From a virus (taxonomy: Duplodnaviria; Heunggongvirae; Uroviricota; Caudoviricetes): DNA of 25,241 nucleotides. Shown piece after piece: positions 1 to 9,100 of this stretch. Position numbers and translations under genes: made by a program. Location: positions 1 to 25,241 of the IMG/VR virus record IMGVR_UViG_2547132488_000009, one strand, 5' to 3'. Within the stretch, counting starts at the first letter, position 1, and every line of letters starts with the position of its first letter. The notes beneath the pieces were generated by a model, which saw nothing but the letters and a program-made list of their open reading frames with translations, made no database searches and was not told the origin of the DNA.

Positions 1-378
1 AATTTCAAAAGCATCAATGACAAATGGGGGCATCATATGGGTGATCAAGTCATAGTAATGGTTACCAGAATAATAAAAAAATCCATCAGGAAAGAGGATA
101 TATTAGGGCGCTTAGGCGGTGAGGAGTTCGGTATTATCATTAAAGGTAATACTCAAAAGCTCTTGCTATCAATTGCAGAGCGAATCAGAAAAAACATTGA
201 AGAGCAATGCTCGGAAAAATTATTATCGCATGGACCTGAGAAAATAACTGTCAGTATTGGTTGCTTTACTTCAAAAGAGAATAATCTCAGTCCATCTGAA
301 ATGTTAGTCAATGCCGATAAAGCGTTATATCAAGCCAAAAGAACCGGAAAAAACAAGGTGATAACTCACTCAAAATAA
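1..378 (+). CDS. Diguanylate cyclase, GGDEF domain C-terminal part (5' end lies outside the window)
   Basis: Frame is open from position 1 (NFKSINDKWGHHMGDQ...). It contains a GGEEF active-site motif preceded by an RxxD I-site (RKED) at the usual spacing, and a C-terminal ALYQAKRTGKNKV motif typical of GGDEF domains. The region is markedly AT-rich. Confidence 0.8.
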   Translation, partial: NFKSINDKWGHHMGDQVIVMVTRIIKKSIRKEDILGRLGGEEFGIIIKGNTQKLLLSIAERIRKNIEEQCSEKLLSHGPEKITVSIGCFTSKENNLSPSEMLVNADKALYQAKRTGKNKVITHSK

Positions 379-583
379 ACACCTTTTTAAAATACAGCCC
401 CAATAAACTGCAGAATATTATCCCATATAATATCCTGCTGTTCGTAATGCACTATTCGATAATGGGTCCTGTTGGCCATTCAATATCCGGTGCAGTTGTT
501 GTATTAACACGGTTCAGCAACACCCGATACTTCTTCCAGGCTTCCACCACCAGCACGACAAGATGCCGCATACAGTGACCCAG

Positions 584-778
584 TCAGTCCAGTTTCCAGA
601 CAACCAGTGCGTCACCTTTTTGAAGGCGCTTTAAAGCACGTTTTAATCCAGGTCGGCCTGTCCTTATTCCGCTTAATTTATCTTCAAATATTTGTTCACA
701 TCCTGCACAAACAAGAGCGTTTCGTTGCAGGTCTGTATTCTGGTCATTTGTTGATACCCTTACATAGCCAATCAGCAC
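584..778 (-). pseudogene. pin: Pin/Gin/Hin-family serine DNA invertase, N-terminal fragment only (about 64 codons, truncated)
   Basis: From a GTG start at 778 (GGGAGA Shine-Dalgarno about 6 nt upstream) it reads LIGYVRVSTNDQNTDLQRNALVCAGCEQIFEDKLSG...GDALVVWKLD, the invertase catalytic N-terminus with the active-site Ser region. A stop follows directly after KLD, and none of the three minus frames of 379..583 encodes the expected RLGRS... continuation. Confidence 0.85.
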
Positions 779-832
779 GCTGAATCTCCCGTCCAAAAGC
801 ACAAATCATGCCATGCAGGCCAGAAACCGCCA

Positions 833-858
833 TTATCTAAAACCTCGGTTTACAGGAA
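833..858. promoter_or_regulatory. gix/pix-type 26-bp inversion crossover site (left)
   Basis: TTATCTAAAACC-TC-GGTTTACAGGAA: two 12-bp half-sites around a central dinucleotide, differing by one base from the Mu gixL sequence as I recall it. It is the inverted partner of the site at 3886..3911. Confidence 0.8.
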
Positions 859-1803
859 ACGGTAAATCAGGCTTCTGGCGCATTACAGAAAAACCAGAAC
901 GGCGCAGATATTCCGGGAAAAGATACCTTCACCAAAAACATTGGTGCCTGCCGCGCATATAGCGCATGGCTGAATATTGGTGGCGATAGTCAGGTCTGGA
1001 CAACTGCGCAATTTATTTCGTGGCTGGAGAGTCAGGGGGCATTTAACCATCCTTACTGGATGTGCAAAGGCTCATGGGCTTATGCAAATAATAAGGTTAT
1101 TACAGATACAGGTTGCGGAAATATTTGTCTTGCAGGTGCTGTGGTGGAAGTTATTGGCACTCGCGGCGCAATGACCATACGCGTTACTACGCCGAGCACG
1201 TCCAGCGGTGGCGGAATTACTAACGCTCAATTCACTTATATTAATCATGGTGATGCTTACGCTCCTGGCTGGCGACGAGACTACAACACGAAAAACCAGC
1301 AGCCTGCATTTGCTTTAGGGCAAACAGGACGCAGGGTCGCAAATGATAAAGCTGTTGGCTGGAACTGGAATAGCGGTGTTTATGATGCAGATATCAGTGG
1401 TGCATCGACATTAATCCTCCACTTCAATATGAATGCGGGGAGTTGCCCTGCTGTACAGTTCCGCGTGAATTACAGGAACGGCGGTATTTTTTATCGTTCA
1501 GCGCGTGATGGTTATGGCTTTGAAGCTAACTGGTCAGAGTTTTACACCACAACACGCAAACCCTCTGCGGGGGATGTTGGTGCATATACGCAGGCAGAAT
1601 GTAACTCAAGGTTTATTACAGGTATTCGCCTTGGCGGTCTGTCATCTGTTCAGACATGGAAAGGCCCCGGCTGGTCTGACAGGTCAGGTTATGTCGTTAC
1701 GGGTTCAGTTAACGGAAACCGTGCTGAATTAATTGATACAACTCAGGCAAGGCCAATTCAGTATTGCATTAATGGGACGTGGTATAACGCGGGGAGTATT
1801 TAA
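841..1803 (+). CDS. Alternative side-tail-fibre C-terminal cassette, silent in this orientation (no start codon of its own)
   Basis: The frame is open from the stop codon inside the left crossover site and reads NLGLQETVNQASGALQKN..., the same junction peptide as Stf at the right site. It ends ...RPIQYCINGTWYNAGSI, parallel to the expressed Stf end ...RPIQKYINGTWYNVVQV. Confidence 0.75.
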   Translation, partial: NLGLQETVNQASGALQKNQNGADIPGKDTFTKNIGACRAYSAWLNIGGDSQVWTTAQFISWLESQGAFNHPYWMCKGSWAYANNKVITDTGCGNICLAGAVVEVIGTRGAMTIRVTTPSTSSGGGITNAQFTYINHGDAYAPGWRRDYNTKNQQPAFALGQTGRRVANDKAVGWNWNSGVYDADISGASTLILHFNMNAGSCPAVQFRVNYRNGGIFYRSARDGYGFEANWSEFYTTTRKPSAGDVGAYTQAECNSRFITGIRLGGLSSVQTWKGPGWSDRSGYVVTGSVNGNRAELIDTTQARPIQYCINGTWYNAGSI

Positions 1804-1805
1804 CG

Positions 1806-2339
1806 ATGATGCACTTAAAAAACATTACTGCTGGCAACCCTAAAACAAAAGAGCAATACCAGCTAACAAAGCAATTTAACATCAAATGGCTTTATTCAGA
1901 TGATGGAAAAAACTGGTATGAGGAACAAAAGAATTTCCAGCCAGACACTTTGAAAATGGTCTATGACCATAACGGCGTTATTATTTGTATTGAAAAGGAT
2001 GTTTCAGCAATTAATCCAGAGGGTGCAAGCGTCGTTGAATTACCTGATATTACAGCAAATCGCCGGGCTGATATTTCGGGGAAATGGATGTTCAAAGATG
2101 GCGTAGTGATAAAGCGAACTTATACCGAGGAAGAGCAGAGGCAACAAGCGGAAAATGAAAAGCAAAGCCTGTTGCAACTTGTCAGGGATAAAACCCAGCT
2201 ATGGGACTCACAGCTACGGCTGGGCATCATTTCCGACGAGAATAAACAAAAATTAACCGAGTGGATGCTCTATGCGCAGAAAGTCGAATCTACAGACACT
2301 TCCGGCCTGCCAGTAACGTTTCCCGAACAACCAGAATGA
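1806..2339 (+). CDS. tfa: Tail fibre assembly protein Tfa, partner of the silent cassette
   Basis: 177 aa starting [40 protein letters not shown], the conserved Tfa N-terminus. It starts 2 nt after the cassette stop. Confidence 0.85.
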   Translation: MMHLKNITAGNPKTKEQYQLTKQFNIKWLYSDDGKNWYEEQKNFQPDTLKMVYDHNGVIICIEKDVSAINPEGASVVELPDITANRRADISGKWMFKDGVVIKRTYTEEEQRQQAENEKQSLLQLVRDKTQLWDSQLRLGIISDENKQKLTEWMLYAQKVESTDTSGLPVTFPEQPE

Positions 2340-2342
2340 GAG

Positions 2343-2362
2343 AAGGCCCGCTATCGGGCCTT
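2343..2362. terminator. Hairpin between the convergent tfa genes (possible bidirectional terminator)
   Basis: AAGGCCCG-CTAT-CGGGCCTT, a perfect 8-bp stem with 4-nt loop, followed on the plus strand by AATTTTTA. Confidence 0.5.
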
Positions 2363-2367
2363 AATTT

Positions 2368-2895
2368 TTACTCTGGTTTTTGTGGCCATTCAGGATTTGC
2401 CGTATCCACACGGCTGACCAGAACACTGTAGCGTTCCCATGCTTCCAGTCGTGTGCGTTCCTCGTCTGTTGCCATATTCAGCCTGACAGCGCGTTCCAGC
2501 GGTTGGATGACTGATTCAGCTTCGGAAAGCAATGCGGCCTTTTGTGATTCGGCCTGTTGTTGTTGCTCGTCTGCCGTATAAATCCGTTTAACCACAGCTC
2601 CGTCCCTAAACATCCACTTACCGGAATCATCAGCGCAGCGGTTGGCTGTAATATCTGGAACCTCAACGACGCTATAACCTTCAGGGTTAAGCGTGGAGGC
2701 ATCTTTGGTGATGGCGACAATAATATTATTTGCATCGTAAACAATCTTTATTGTGTCTGGCTGAAAGTTTTTCACTTCCTCATACCAGTTTTTTCCGTCT
2801 TCGGACCATAACCAGATAACATCAAAATTCTTTGTTAGCTGATATTGTTCTTTTGTTTTTGGATTTCCAGACTTAATATTTTTTAAATGCTGCAT
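2368..2895 (-). CDS. tfa: Tail fibre assembly protein Tfa, partner of the expressed fibre C-terminus
   Basis: 175 aa starting [40 protein letters not shown]. It is a paralogue of the plus-strand tfa with a divergent C-terminal half and overlaps the stf stop. Confidence 0.85.
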   Translation of the reverse strand: MQHLKNIKSGNPKTKEQYQLTKNFDVIWLWSEDGKNWYEEVKNFQPDTIKIVYDANNIIVAITKDASTLNPEGYSVVEVPDITANRCADDSGKWMFRDGAVVKRIYTADEQQQQAESQKAALLSEAESVIQPLERAVRLNMATDEERTRLEAWERYSVLVSRVDTANPEWPQKPE

Positions 2896-2898
2896 AAA

Positions 2899-5472
2899 TT
2901 ACACCTGTACGACGTTATACCATGTGCCATTGATGTATTTTTGTATTGGTCTGAATACTGCCGGATCATCGCCATCAACTGCACCGATAATGCCAAGCCC
3001 CGTAATTGCATGACCTGATTTCTCATACATCACGCCTTTTTGCATAGTCTGAACAACACGTGTACCAAGTCGGACATCTCTCACATAACGTGAGTCAAAA
3101 TTACCATAATTGCCGGGAATAACTTGCGCACCGCAAAGCCAGTTGCCATTGTTGTCCATGTACGCCTGACCATCGGTGCCATTGGCTGTCCTTGAGTTAT
3201 TAATCATGTAGATGCCAAATTGCTTATTCCCCAGTCCACCAATCATAAATTTGCGATCAGCGTGGTCCTGACGAAGTAATGCCTGCGCACCATCGGTGGA
3301 TACCGCATTGCGTCCCAAAATAACATTCTGGTCACGCATATGAATCCACATGCCGGTACTACTGTTAATTGCAAAACGGTTTGCAAATATATCCCCTGTA
3401 ACATCAAGACCATGCCCCATGCTTATCCGACCAGTTCTGAGATTAAGCGTAAAGGGGCGTAGTGGCCCTATATCACCATTTTCTCCCTCATTCTCTCGTG
3501 TAGGGATGATATGCAGGCATTCTTCAGAACGACGAAAAATAGCACCAAAAGATGAATTAAATATCCTCAGTGCATTGACTGTCGATATTTTTACTTCACT
3601 GCTGAAAAGGGCTTTAACAAGGACAGACAAAGCATCCCATTTAAGAGTCATCAGGTCTTTTGTTGTGGTGCTCTGGCGGCTTCTCCATTTGAAATATTCA
3701 TTGCCGTTGTCGCCTGTTTCAAACCACATGTATGAATCAGTGTCGCTGTCGGCATTATTTTTAAAACCAATCTTTGCCCAGTCAGTATTTCTAATCCAGG
3801 CAAGGATTGAGTCGTTTTCAAAAGTAAGCCCACCGGACAAGGTATCGCCATTCTTTTGCACGGCGTTCCTGGCCCTGTTTACCGTTTCCTGTAAACCGAG
3901 GTATTCGATAACGGCAGCAACGGTCGATTTCGCAAGAATATCCCGCCCGACTTTTGTCAGGGTTGCCAGGCTGGCGACATCATTCCCCGTAAAATACGGA
4001 AACCTGTCTGCCGCAGTAGCAAGCCCGGCCAGCGCCGTCAGGGTGGCATCTTTCGGTTGCTTACCCGCAAGCGCGTTAGTCATGGTGGTCGCAAAATTCG
4101 GGTCGTTTCCCAGCGCCGCCGCTAACTCGTTCAGCGTATTCAGTGCGTCAGGTGACGAATCTACAAGGGCGGCAATCGCAGCCATAACGAAAGCCGTGCT
4201 TGCGATTTGGGTATTATTAGTTCCCTGTCGCGCAGTTGGCGTTGTTGGTGTTCCGGTCAGTGCCGGGCTGTTTAATGGGGCTTTCTTGTTTGTTTCATCC
4301 ATTACCGCCTTAACCGCTTTCGATGTCGCGGCCAGTGTTTCAGACGTGCTGTTGGTATCACTACTGAGTTGTACTATCCCCTTTTTCGTCGTACTCGCAT
4401 CCTCAAGCGCCACAGCGGATGCAATATCCTCTGCCCGTTTTGCTGCCGTCCCGGCGCGCGTTGCTGCGGATTCTGCCGCACTTTTGCTCTGTGCTGCCGC
4501 CGTCGCACTGCCAGCTGCCTCTGTCGCCTTCGTGGATGCCGTCGTGGCGCTGCCTTTCGCTGCTGACGCCTGTTTAGTCGCCTCATCTTTTGAAGCAGAC
4601 GCAGATGATGCCGATGACGCCGCCGAACTGGCGGACGATGCGGCTGCCGTTTTTGAGGATTCGGCACGGGTTTCCGACGCTTTCGCATTCGTCTCAGATG
4701 TCTTCGCTGCGGAAGCAGACCTCGCAGCTGCAGTGGCCTGTTCAGTGACTTCGCCAGCCTTCGTTGTGGCTGTTGAAGCGGACGATGCAGCGCTTTCTGC
4801 CGATTTTTCAGCGGCGGTAACGCTGGCTGCCGCATTCGTTTCTGACGTTTTCGCTGCACCGGCACTGGTGGCCGCCGCGCTTTTTGAGGACTCTGCAGCA
4901 GCAGCACTTTTCGATGCCTCAGAGGCTTTTGCTGATGCCGTTCCTGCGCTGGAAGACGCTGACTGAGCCGACGACACGGCCTGTCCGGCTGACGTGCTGG
5001 CTGCGCGTGCTGAGTCTGCAGCATCAGTCGCATGGGTTGCCGCCTCACGGGCTGATGTGCTGGCATCGCCGGCTGACTTCTTCGCGGCTGCCGTGTTCTG
5101 TGCCACTGCGGACGCGTTACGCGCCACCTCTTCCACCATCACTTCAAAACGGCGCAGTGCCTCCGGCATAACATCCTCTTCCGTCATGGCACCGAGAAAA
5201 TCATTCAGCGTACCGGGTTGAGAATCTTCATACACGGTGATGGTCCCGGCATGTGACGGCGGGAATCCCTCCACCAACAGACTGACGCTGTACTGACCGT
5301 ACTCAACGTCCATACTGTAACGCCCGGCTTCATCCGGATTTTCAGAGGCCACCGTGTTCACCACAACCGTGGTGCTGTTACGTTTTGCTTTGAGCTGAAT
5401 GGTGCAGTTCTGTATCGGTTTTCCTGCACCGTCTTTCAGCACGCCTGAGATTTTTACTGCTGCCATATCCAC
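2899..5472 (-). CDS. stf: Side tail fibre protein Stf (constant N-terminal part plus the currently joined variable C-terminus)
   Basis: 857 aa. The N-terminus (MDMAAVKISGVLKDGAGKPIQNCTIQLKAKRNSTTVVVNTV...) matches lambda Stf as I recall it. It has a long Ala/Ser/Thr-rich central region and crosses the right crossover site near residue 525. The start could instead be the third codon (5466). Confidence 0.9.
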   Translation of the reverse strand: MDMAAVKISGVLKDGAGKPIQNCTIQLKAKRNSTTVVVNTVASENPDEAGRYSMDVEYGQYSVSLLVEGFPPSHAGTITVYEDSQPGTLNDFLGAMTEEDVMPEALRRFEVMVEEVARNASAVAQNTAAAKKSAGDASTSAREAATHATDAADSARAASTSAGQAVSSAQSASSSAGTASAKASEASKSAAAAESSKSAAATSAGAAKTSETNAAASVTAAEKSAESAASSASTATTKAGEVTEQATAAARSASAAKTSETNAKASETRAESSKTAAASSASSAASSASSASASKDEATKQASAAKGSATTASTKATEAAGSATAAAQSKSAAESAATRAGTAAKRAEDIASAVALEDASTTKKGIVQLSSDTNSTSETLAATSKAVKAVMDETNKKAPLNSPALTGTPTTPTARQGTNNTQIASTAFVMAAIAALVDSSPDALNTLNELAAALGNDPNFATTMTNALAGKQPKDATLTALAGLATAADRFPYFTGNDVASLATLTKVGRDILAKSTVAAVIEYLGLQETVNRARNAVQKNGDTLSGGLTFENDSILAWIRNTDWAKIGFKNNADSDTDSYMWFETGDNGNEYFKWRSRQSTTTKDLMTLKWDALSVLVKALFSSEVKISTVNALRIFNSSFGAIFRRSEECLHIIPTRENEGENGDIGPLRPFTLNLRTGRISMGHGLDVTGDIFANRFAINSSTGMWIHMRDQNVILGRNAVSTDGAQALLRQDHADRKFMIGGLGNKQFGIYMINNSRTANGTDGQAYMDNNGNWLCGAQVIPGNYGNFDSRYVRDVRLGTRVVQTMQKGVMYEKSGHAITGLGIIGAVDGDDPAVFRPIQKYINGTWYNVVQV
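3886..3911. promoter_or_regulatory. gix/pix-type 26-bp inversion crossover site (right), inside the stf coding sequence
   Basis: TTCCTGTAAACC-GA-GGTATTCGATAA. One half-site is identical to the left site in inverted orientation and the central dinucleotide is complementary, as required for inversion. It encodes the EYLGLQETVN segment of Stf. Confidence 0.8.
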
Positions 5473-5475
5473 TCC

Positions 5476-5504
5476 ACAAAAAAGCCCGCCTGAACCGGCG
5501 GGCT
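5476..5504 (-). terminator. Intrinsic terminator downstream of lom
   Basis: On the minus strand, AGCCCGCC-GGTTCA-GGCGGGCT (8-bp GC-rich stem) is followed by UUUUUUGU. It ends 3 nt before the stf start codon. Confidence 0.7.
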
Positions 5505-5530
5505 GTCATAACACTGTGTTACCTGGCTAA

Positions 5531-6130
5531 TCAGAATTTATAACCGACACCCACGATGAAACCGTCAGTGCGCCAGTCGCCACTGCCGGAGCCTTCATAA
5601 GCAATATCAATGGCCACGGACTCGGTCGGGTTAAACTGCACGCCAGCCCCCCACGCCAGAGACGTGTTGCTGTGGCGACCGTCATCACTTCCGGTCAGCA
5701 CATCGTGCGTTTTCCCCTTGTTGTCGGTCACCTGCAGATAATCTCCGGAAAAAGTCGACACACGGCTGTAAGCCACACCCGCCATCGCATACGCGCTGAA
5801 CCATTCATTCACGCGCACAGACGGCCCCGCCATCACGCTGAACCCGCGGTTACGCACAGAATCCTCATGCCATCGGGTATCGCTGTAATGCGTTTTTTGC
5901 TCATCTTTGGCATTGGCATAACTGAATGACGTCACAACACCCAGCATGTCCGTAAACTCATAACGGTATTTCACGTTAATCCCGTTCAGATCATCACTAC
6001 CGGGAACGTTCGTCGAGGCATGGAGATACCCCGCGCTCAGCGTGGACTGATGTTCTGCTGCACTCGCTGGCGTGGCAGCGACGACCTGCCAGACTACTGC
6101 GGACAAAATAACAGCACATAATTTACGCAT
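5531..6130 (-). CDS. lom: Lom outer-membrane protein (Ail/Lom/OmpX/PagC beta-barrel family)
   Basis: 199 aa with an N-terminal signal peptide (MRKLCAVILSAVVWQVVAATPASA), alternating beta-strand pattern and C-terminal ...GVGYKF. It sits between J and stf as in lambda. Confidence 0.9.
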   Translation of the reverse strand: MRKLCAVILSAVVWQVVAATPASAAEHQSTLSAGYLHASTNVPGSDDLNGINVKYRYEFTDMLGVVTSFSYANAKDEQKTHYSDTRWHEDSVRNRGFSVMAGPSVRVNEWFSAYAMAGVAYSRVSTFSGDYLQVTDNKGKTHDVLTGSDDGRHSNTSLAWGAGVQFNPTESVAIDIAYEGSGSGDWRTDGFIVGVGYKF

Positions 6131-6152
6131 AATTACCTCTCGCTTTTCTGCA

Positions 6153-6179
6153 ATAAAAAAGGCGCCATTTCTGGCGCCC
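6153..6179 (-). terminator. Intrinsic terminator between J and lom
   Basis: On the minus strand, GGCGCCA-GAAA-TGGCGCC (7-bp stem) is followed by UUUUUUAUU. Confidence 0.7.
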
Positions 6180-6197
6180 GTATCTGGGTTATAAAAT

Positions 6198-9100
6198 TCA
6201 GCTAATCGTGATGCCTGCAGTGGCTTTCTTCATCACCACAACCAGCAAATCGCTGATACTTGCTGTGGGATACCAGTTATTTACCAGCCATGCTGACACC
6301 GAAAACTCCAGTGTCATGTGACCGTGACCGGCAGGCATATCAATAACACCACTGTAAATCAGCGTATTATCCAGCGCGGTACGGTTATAAATTTCAGCAC
6401 CGTTTTTCCGTACTATCAGACGGCATGAGGAGTAAATATCAGTATGCTCTTTCTCATGTTTAGCGCCGCTGAATGCCACCGCCGGAATAACAATCTGCCG
6501 GTCAAACGGCTGATCGTCATAAACCCTGACGGTAATGGTTCCTGATGGCCACCGCTCCGGTGCACGGGAGTCCCGGGGGAAAGCTTTGCCCACTGTTTTA
6601 ACGAGATCGCCTTCAATCTGGTTGGCGGACAATTTTCCCAGAACCCGACAGTTCTCGTTAATCGTGACGTTGTTGAGCGTCCCGGAGTTCGCATTCACGT
6701 TACCGCTGATATCGGCATTTTTCGCCGTCAGCCGCCCGTCCGGTGTCAGGGAAAATGCCGGAGGATTACCGCCGCTGGTAATGGTCGGAGCCGTCAGGCG
6801 TTTCAGGAACACGTCGTTCATGAATATCTGATCGCCCTGACCAACAAACATCGGCTTTGTGTTGCCATTCGCAGGATTAATCATCGCAATCCGGTCAGCA
6901 GCCAGAAGCACCTGACTCTGCATACCTGCTGGCGTATTCTCAATACCGGCTCCGATACCCGCAATATAAAGGCGTCCGTCCTTCATCTGCTGCAGTTTCA
7001 CGGCCCACATGCTGTTCAGGTTATTATTTGTATCAACCTGAACTTTCTGTATCTGCTGGATTGCCGCACTCTGATTTTCCAGTTTTTTATTGACGGTCTG
7101 CGTGATTTCATTGCTGACATTCGTAATGGACGTCCTGATTTCAGCCAGGTCCGGCGCAAGCTGACCGTTATCAATCTGCGTCCACAGCTCCTGGGCCAGA
7201 TGTGTTTTCCCGATTTCTCCTTTGAAAAAATCCAGGTAACCTTCCGCATCATCGCTCGCCCGACCGACAGCCTCCACGAATGCCGATTTGCCGACTGTGT
7301 TCACACTGCGAACGTAAAAATAATAATCATGGCCCGGCTTAATATTGATACTGGCGGCTATCCAGTACAGCGCCGTGCCAAGATAGCGGGCTGTGGTTTC
7401 AACCTGCCTGATATCGGTAATCCGCTTTTCCGAGAACCAGAACTCAAACTGTACCGTCGGGTCATAAACCGCAAGATGCGGCGTGGCGGTTATCTGAAAA
7501 TAGCCCGGCGTCAGCTCAATCCGCGACGGCGCTGCCGGTGCGGCAATCCGGAACGATACCGACGCCGGATCGCCCTGCTGCCCCCACGCATTTACTGCCC
7601 GGACTGTCAGCCTGTAGTTCCCCAGAGCCAGTTGTGTGAAGCGGTAAGTGGTTTCCGTCGTCCGGGCCGTGCTGACCAGCCGCTCACGGCCGTCATCCGC
7701 TGCCACGGTCAGGCGAAGCAGGAAGCTCACGCCCTTCACCACCTTCGGCGTGTCCCAGCGGGCCAGCACCTGATACTCCCCGCTGTCTGCGGTGACTTCT
7801 GCGGTCAGGTGCTGCACCGCTGGCGGCGTGACACCATTCACCGTGCCGCTCTGGTCGCCGTCAAAGTGCGCCCCGTTATCCACGATGGCCTCTTTTTCCG
7901 GTACATGCTGCACGGCGGTGATGGCATACGTGCCGTCGTCGTTCTCACGGATACTCACGCAGCGGAACAGGCGCTGGCGCAGCGTCGGCAGCTTCAGCCC
8001 CCACACGCTGTATTCGGCAACGCCGTCAGGAACACGGCTCACTTTCACCTTCACGCCGTCGGTGACGGACTGGACCTCCACGCTGACCGGATTACCCTGA
8101 CCGTCAACCAGGCTTATCAGCGTGGTACCGGAGGATGGCAGCGTGATTTCACGGTCGAGCGTCAGCGTCCGGGTCTGGCTGTTTACCGCCAGCACGCGCC
8201 CGCCGGTGCTGATACCGGCATAGTCATCATCGCAGATTTCAATGACATCGCCCGGTACATGGCGAAGCCCTTCGGCACCCACGCTGAAGTCCACGGTCTG
8301 CGTTTCCAGCAGTTCTGTTTTAATCAGCCACAGCCCGGCGCGGTGTGCCTGCCCCCGGCTGGTACAGCCAAAGGCATCCATCTTCGTGACGTTACGACCG
8401 TAACGGGCAATGGCCTGCGTGTCCTCCACAAGCTCTGTCGCCGTCTCCCAGCCGTTATTCGGGTCAATCCAGTTCACCTCAACGGCATTATGGCGGTCCT
8501 TCAGGGCGCTGAAGCTGTAGCGGAACGGCGCGCCATCATCCGGCATCACCACATTACTGCGGTTATAGGTCCACACCTTATCCGACGGTCGGTCCTGCAC
8601 GAACGTCAGCGTCTGCCCGTTCCATACCGGCATACAGCGCATCGCCGAGCAGAAATCACTGAGCACATCCCACGCCTTGCGCTGTGTGGTCAGGTACGCA
8701 TTACAGGTGATGCGCGGCTCCGTGCCGCCAAAGCCGTCCGGCACTGACTGGTCGCAGTACTGGCCGATGACATACAGCGCCCATTTGTCCACATCCGCCG
8801 CACCAAGACGTTTCCCCATGCCGTAGCGCGGATGGGTCAGCATATCCCACAGACACCAGGCCATGTTGTTGCTGTATGCTGGTTTAAACGTTCCGTCCCA
8901 GATACCGCTGTATTGCCGCGTCTGCGGGTTATAGTTCGACGGCACCTGCAGAATGCGCCCGCGCAGATGATAATTACGGCTCACCTGCTGGCTGCCGAAC
9001 TGCTCCGAATCCACCTGCACGCCGACCAGTGCCGTGTTCGGGTAGCCCTGTTTCACATCGATGATTTCGGTGTATGACGACCAGAGCGTTTTGTTCTGCA

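Larger units (their letters stand above)
846..3898. other. Invertible tail-fibre host-range segment of about 3.05 kb (P/G-segment type)
   Basis: Bounded by the two inverted crossover sites. It contains two convergent tfa genes and two alternative fibre C-terminal cassettes; both cassette frames are open across the crossover site. Confidence 0.8.

Noticed and set aside
379-583. Possible tRNA or att core at the prophage boundary
   Set aside because: No sequence resembling a T-arm/acceptor stem (GGTTCGANTCC...CCA) was found, so a tRNA-type attachment site here is not supported.
977-1174. 65-aa plus-strand ORF near the left crossover site
   Set aside because: It overlaps the well-supported silent fibre cassette in another frame and has no homology features.
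3350-4966. 538-aa plus-strand ORF antisense to stf
   Set aside because: It lies wholly inside the stf gene on the opposite strand, has Ala/Val/Ser-rich low-complexity composition mirroring the repeat, and has no ribosome-binding site or recognisable domain. It is an antisense by-product of GC-rich repetitive coding DNA.
4374-5066. 230-aa extremely Arg-rich same-strand ORF inside stf
   Set aside because: It is an alternative frame of the Ala-rich repeat (GCN codons read as Arg/Pro/Gln), has no independent start context, and is almost certainly not expressed. It is kept as a minor note in the findings only.
7200-8747. 515-aa plus-strand ORF antisense to J
   Set aside because: It is entirely within J on the opposite strand with Arg/Pro/His-rich composition typical of the antisense of a GC-rich gene. 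J is strongly supported, so this is spurious.
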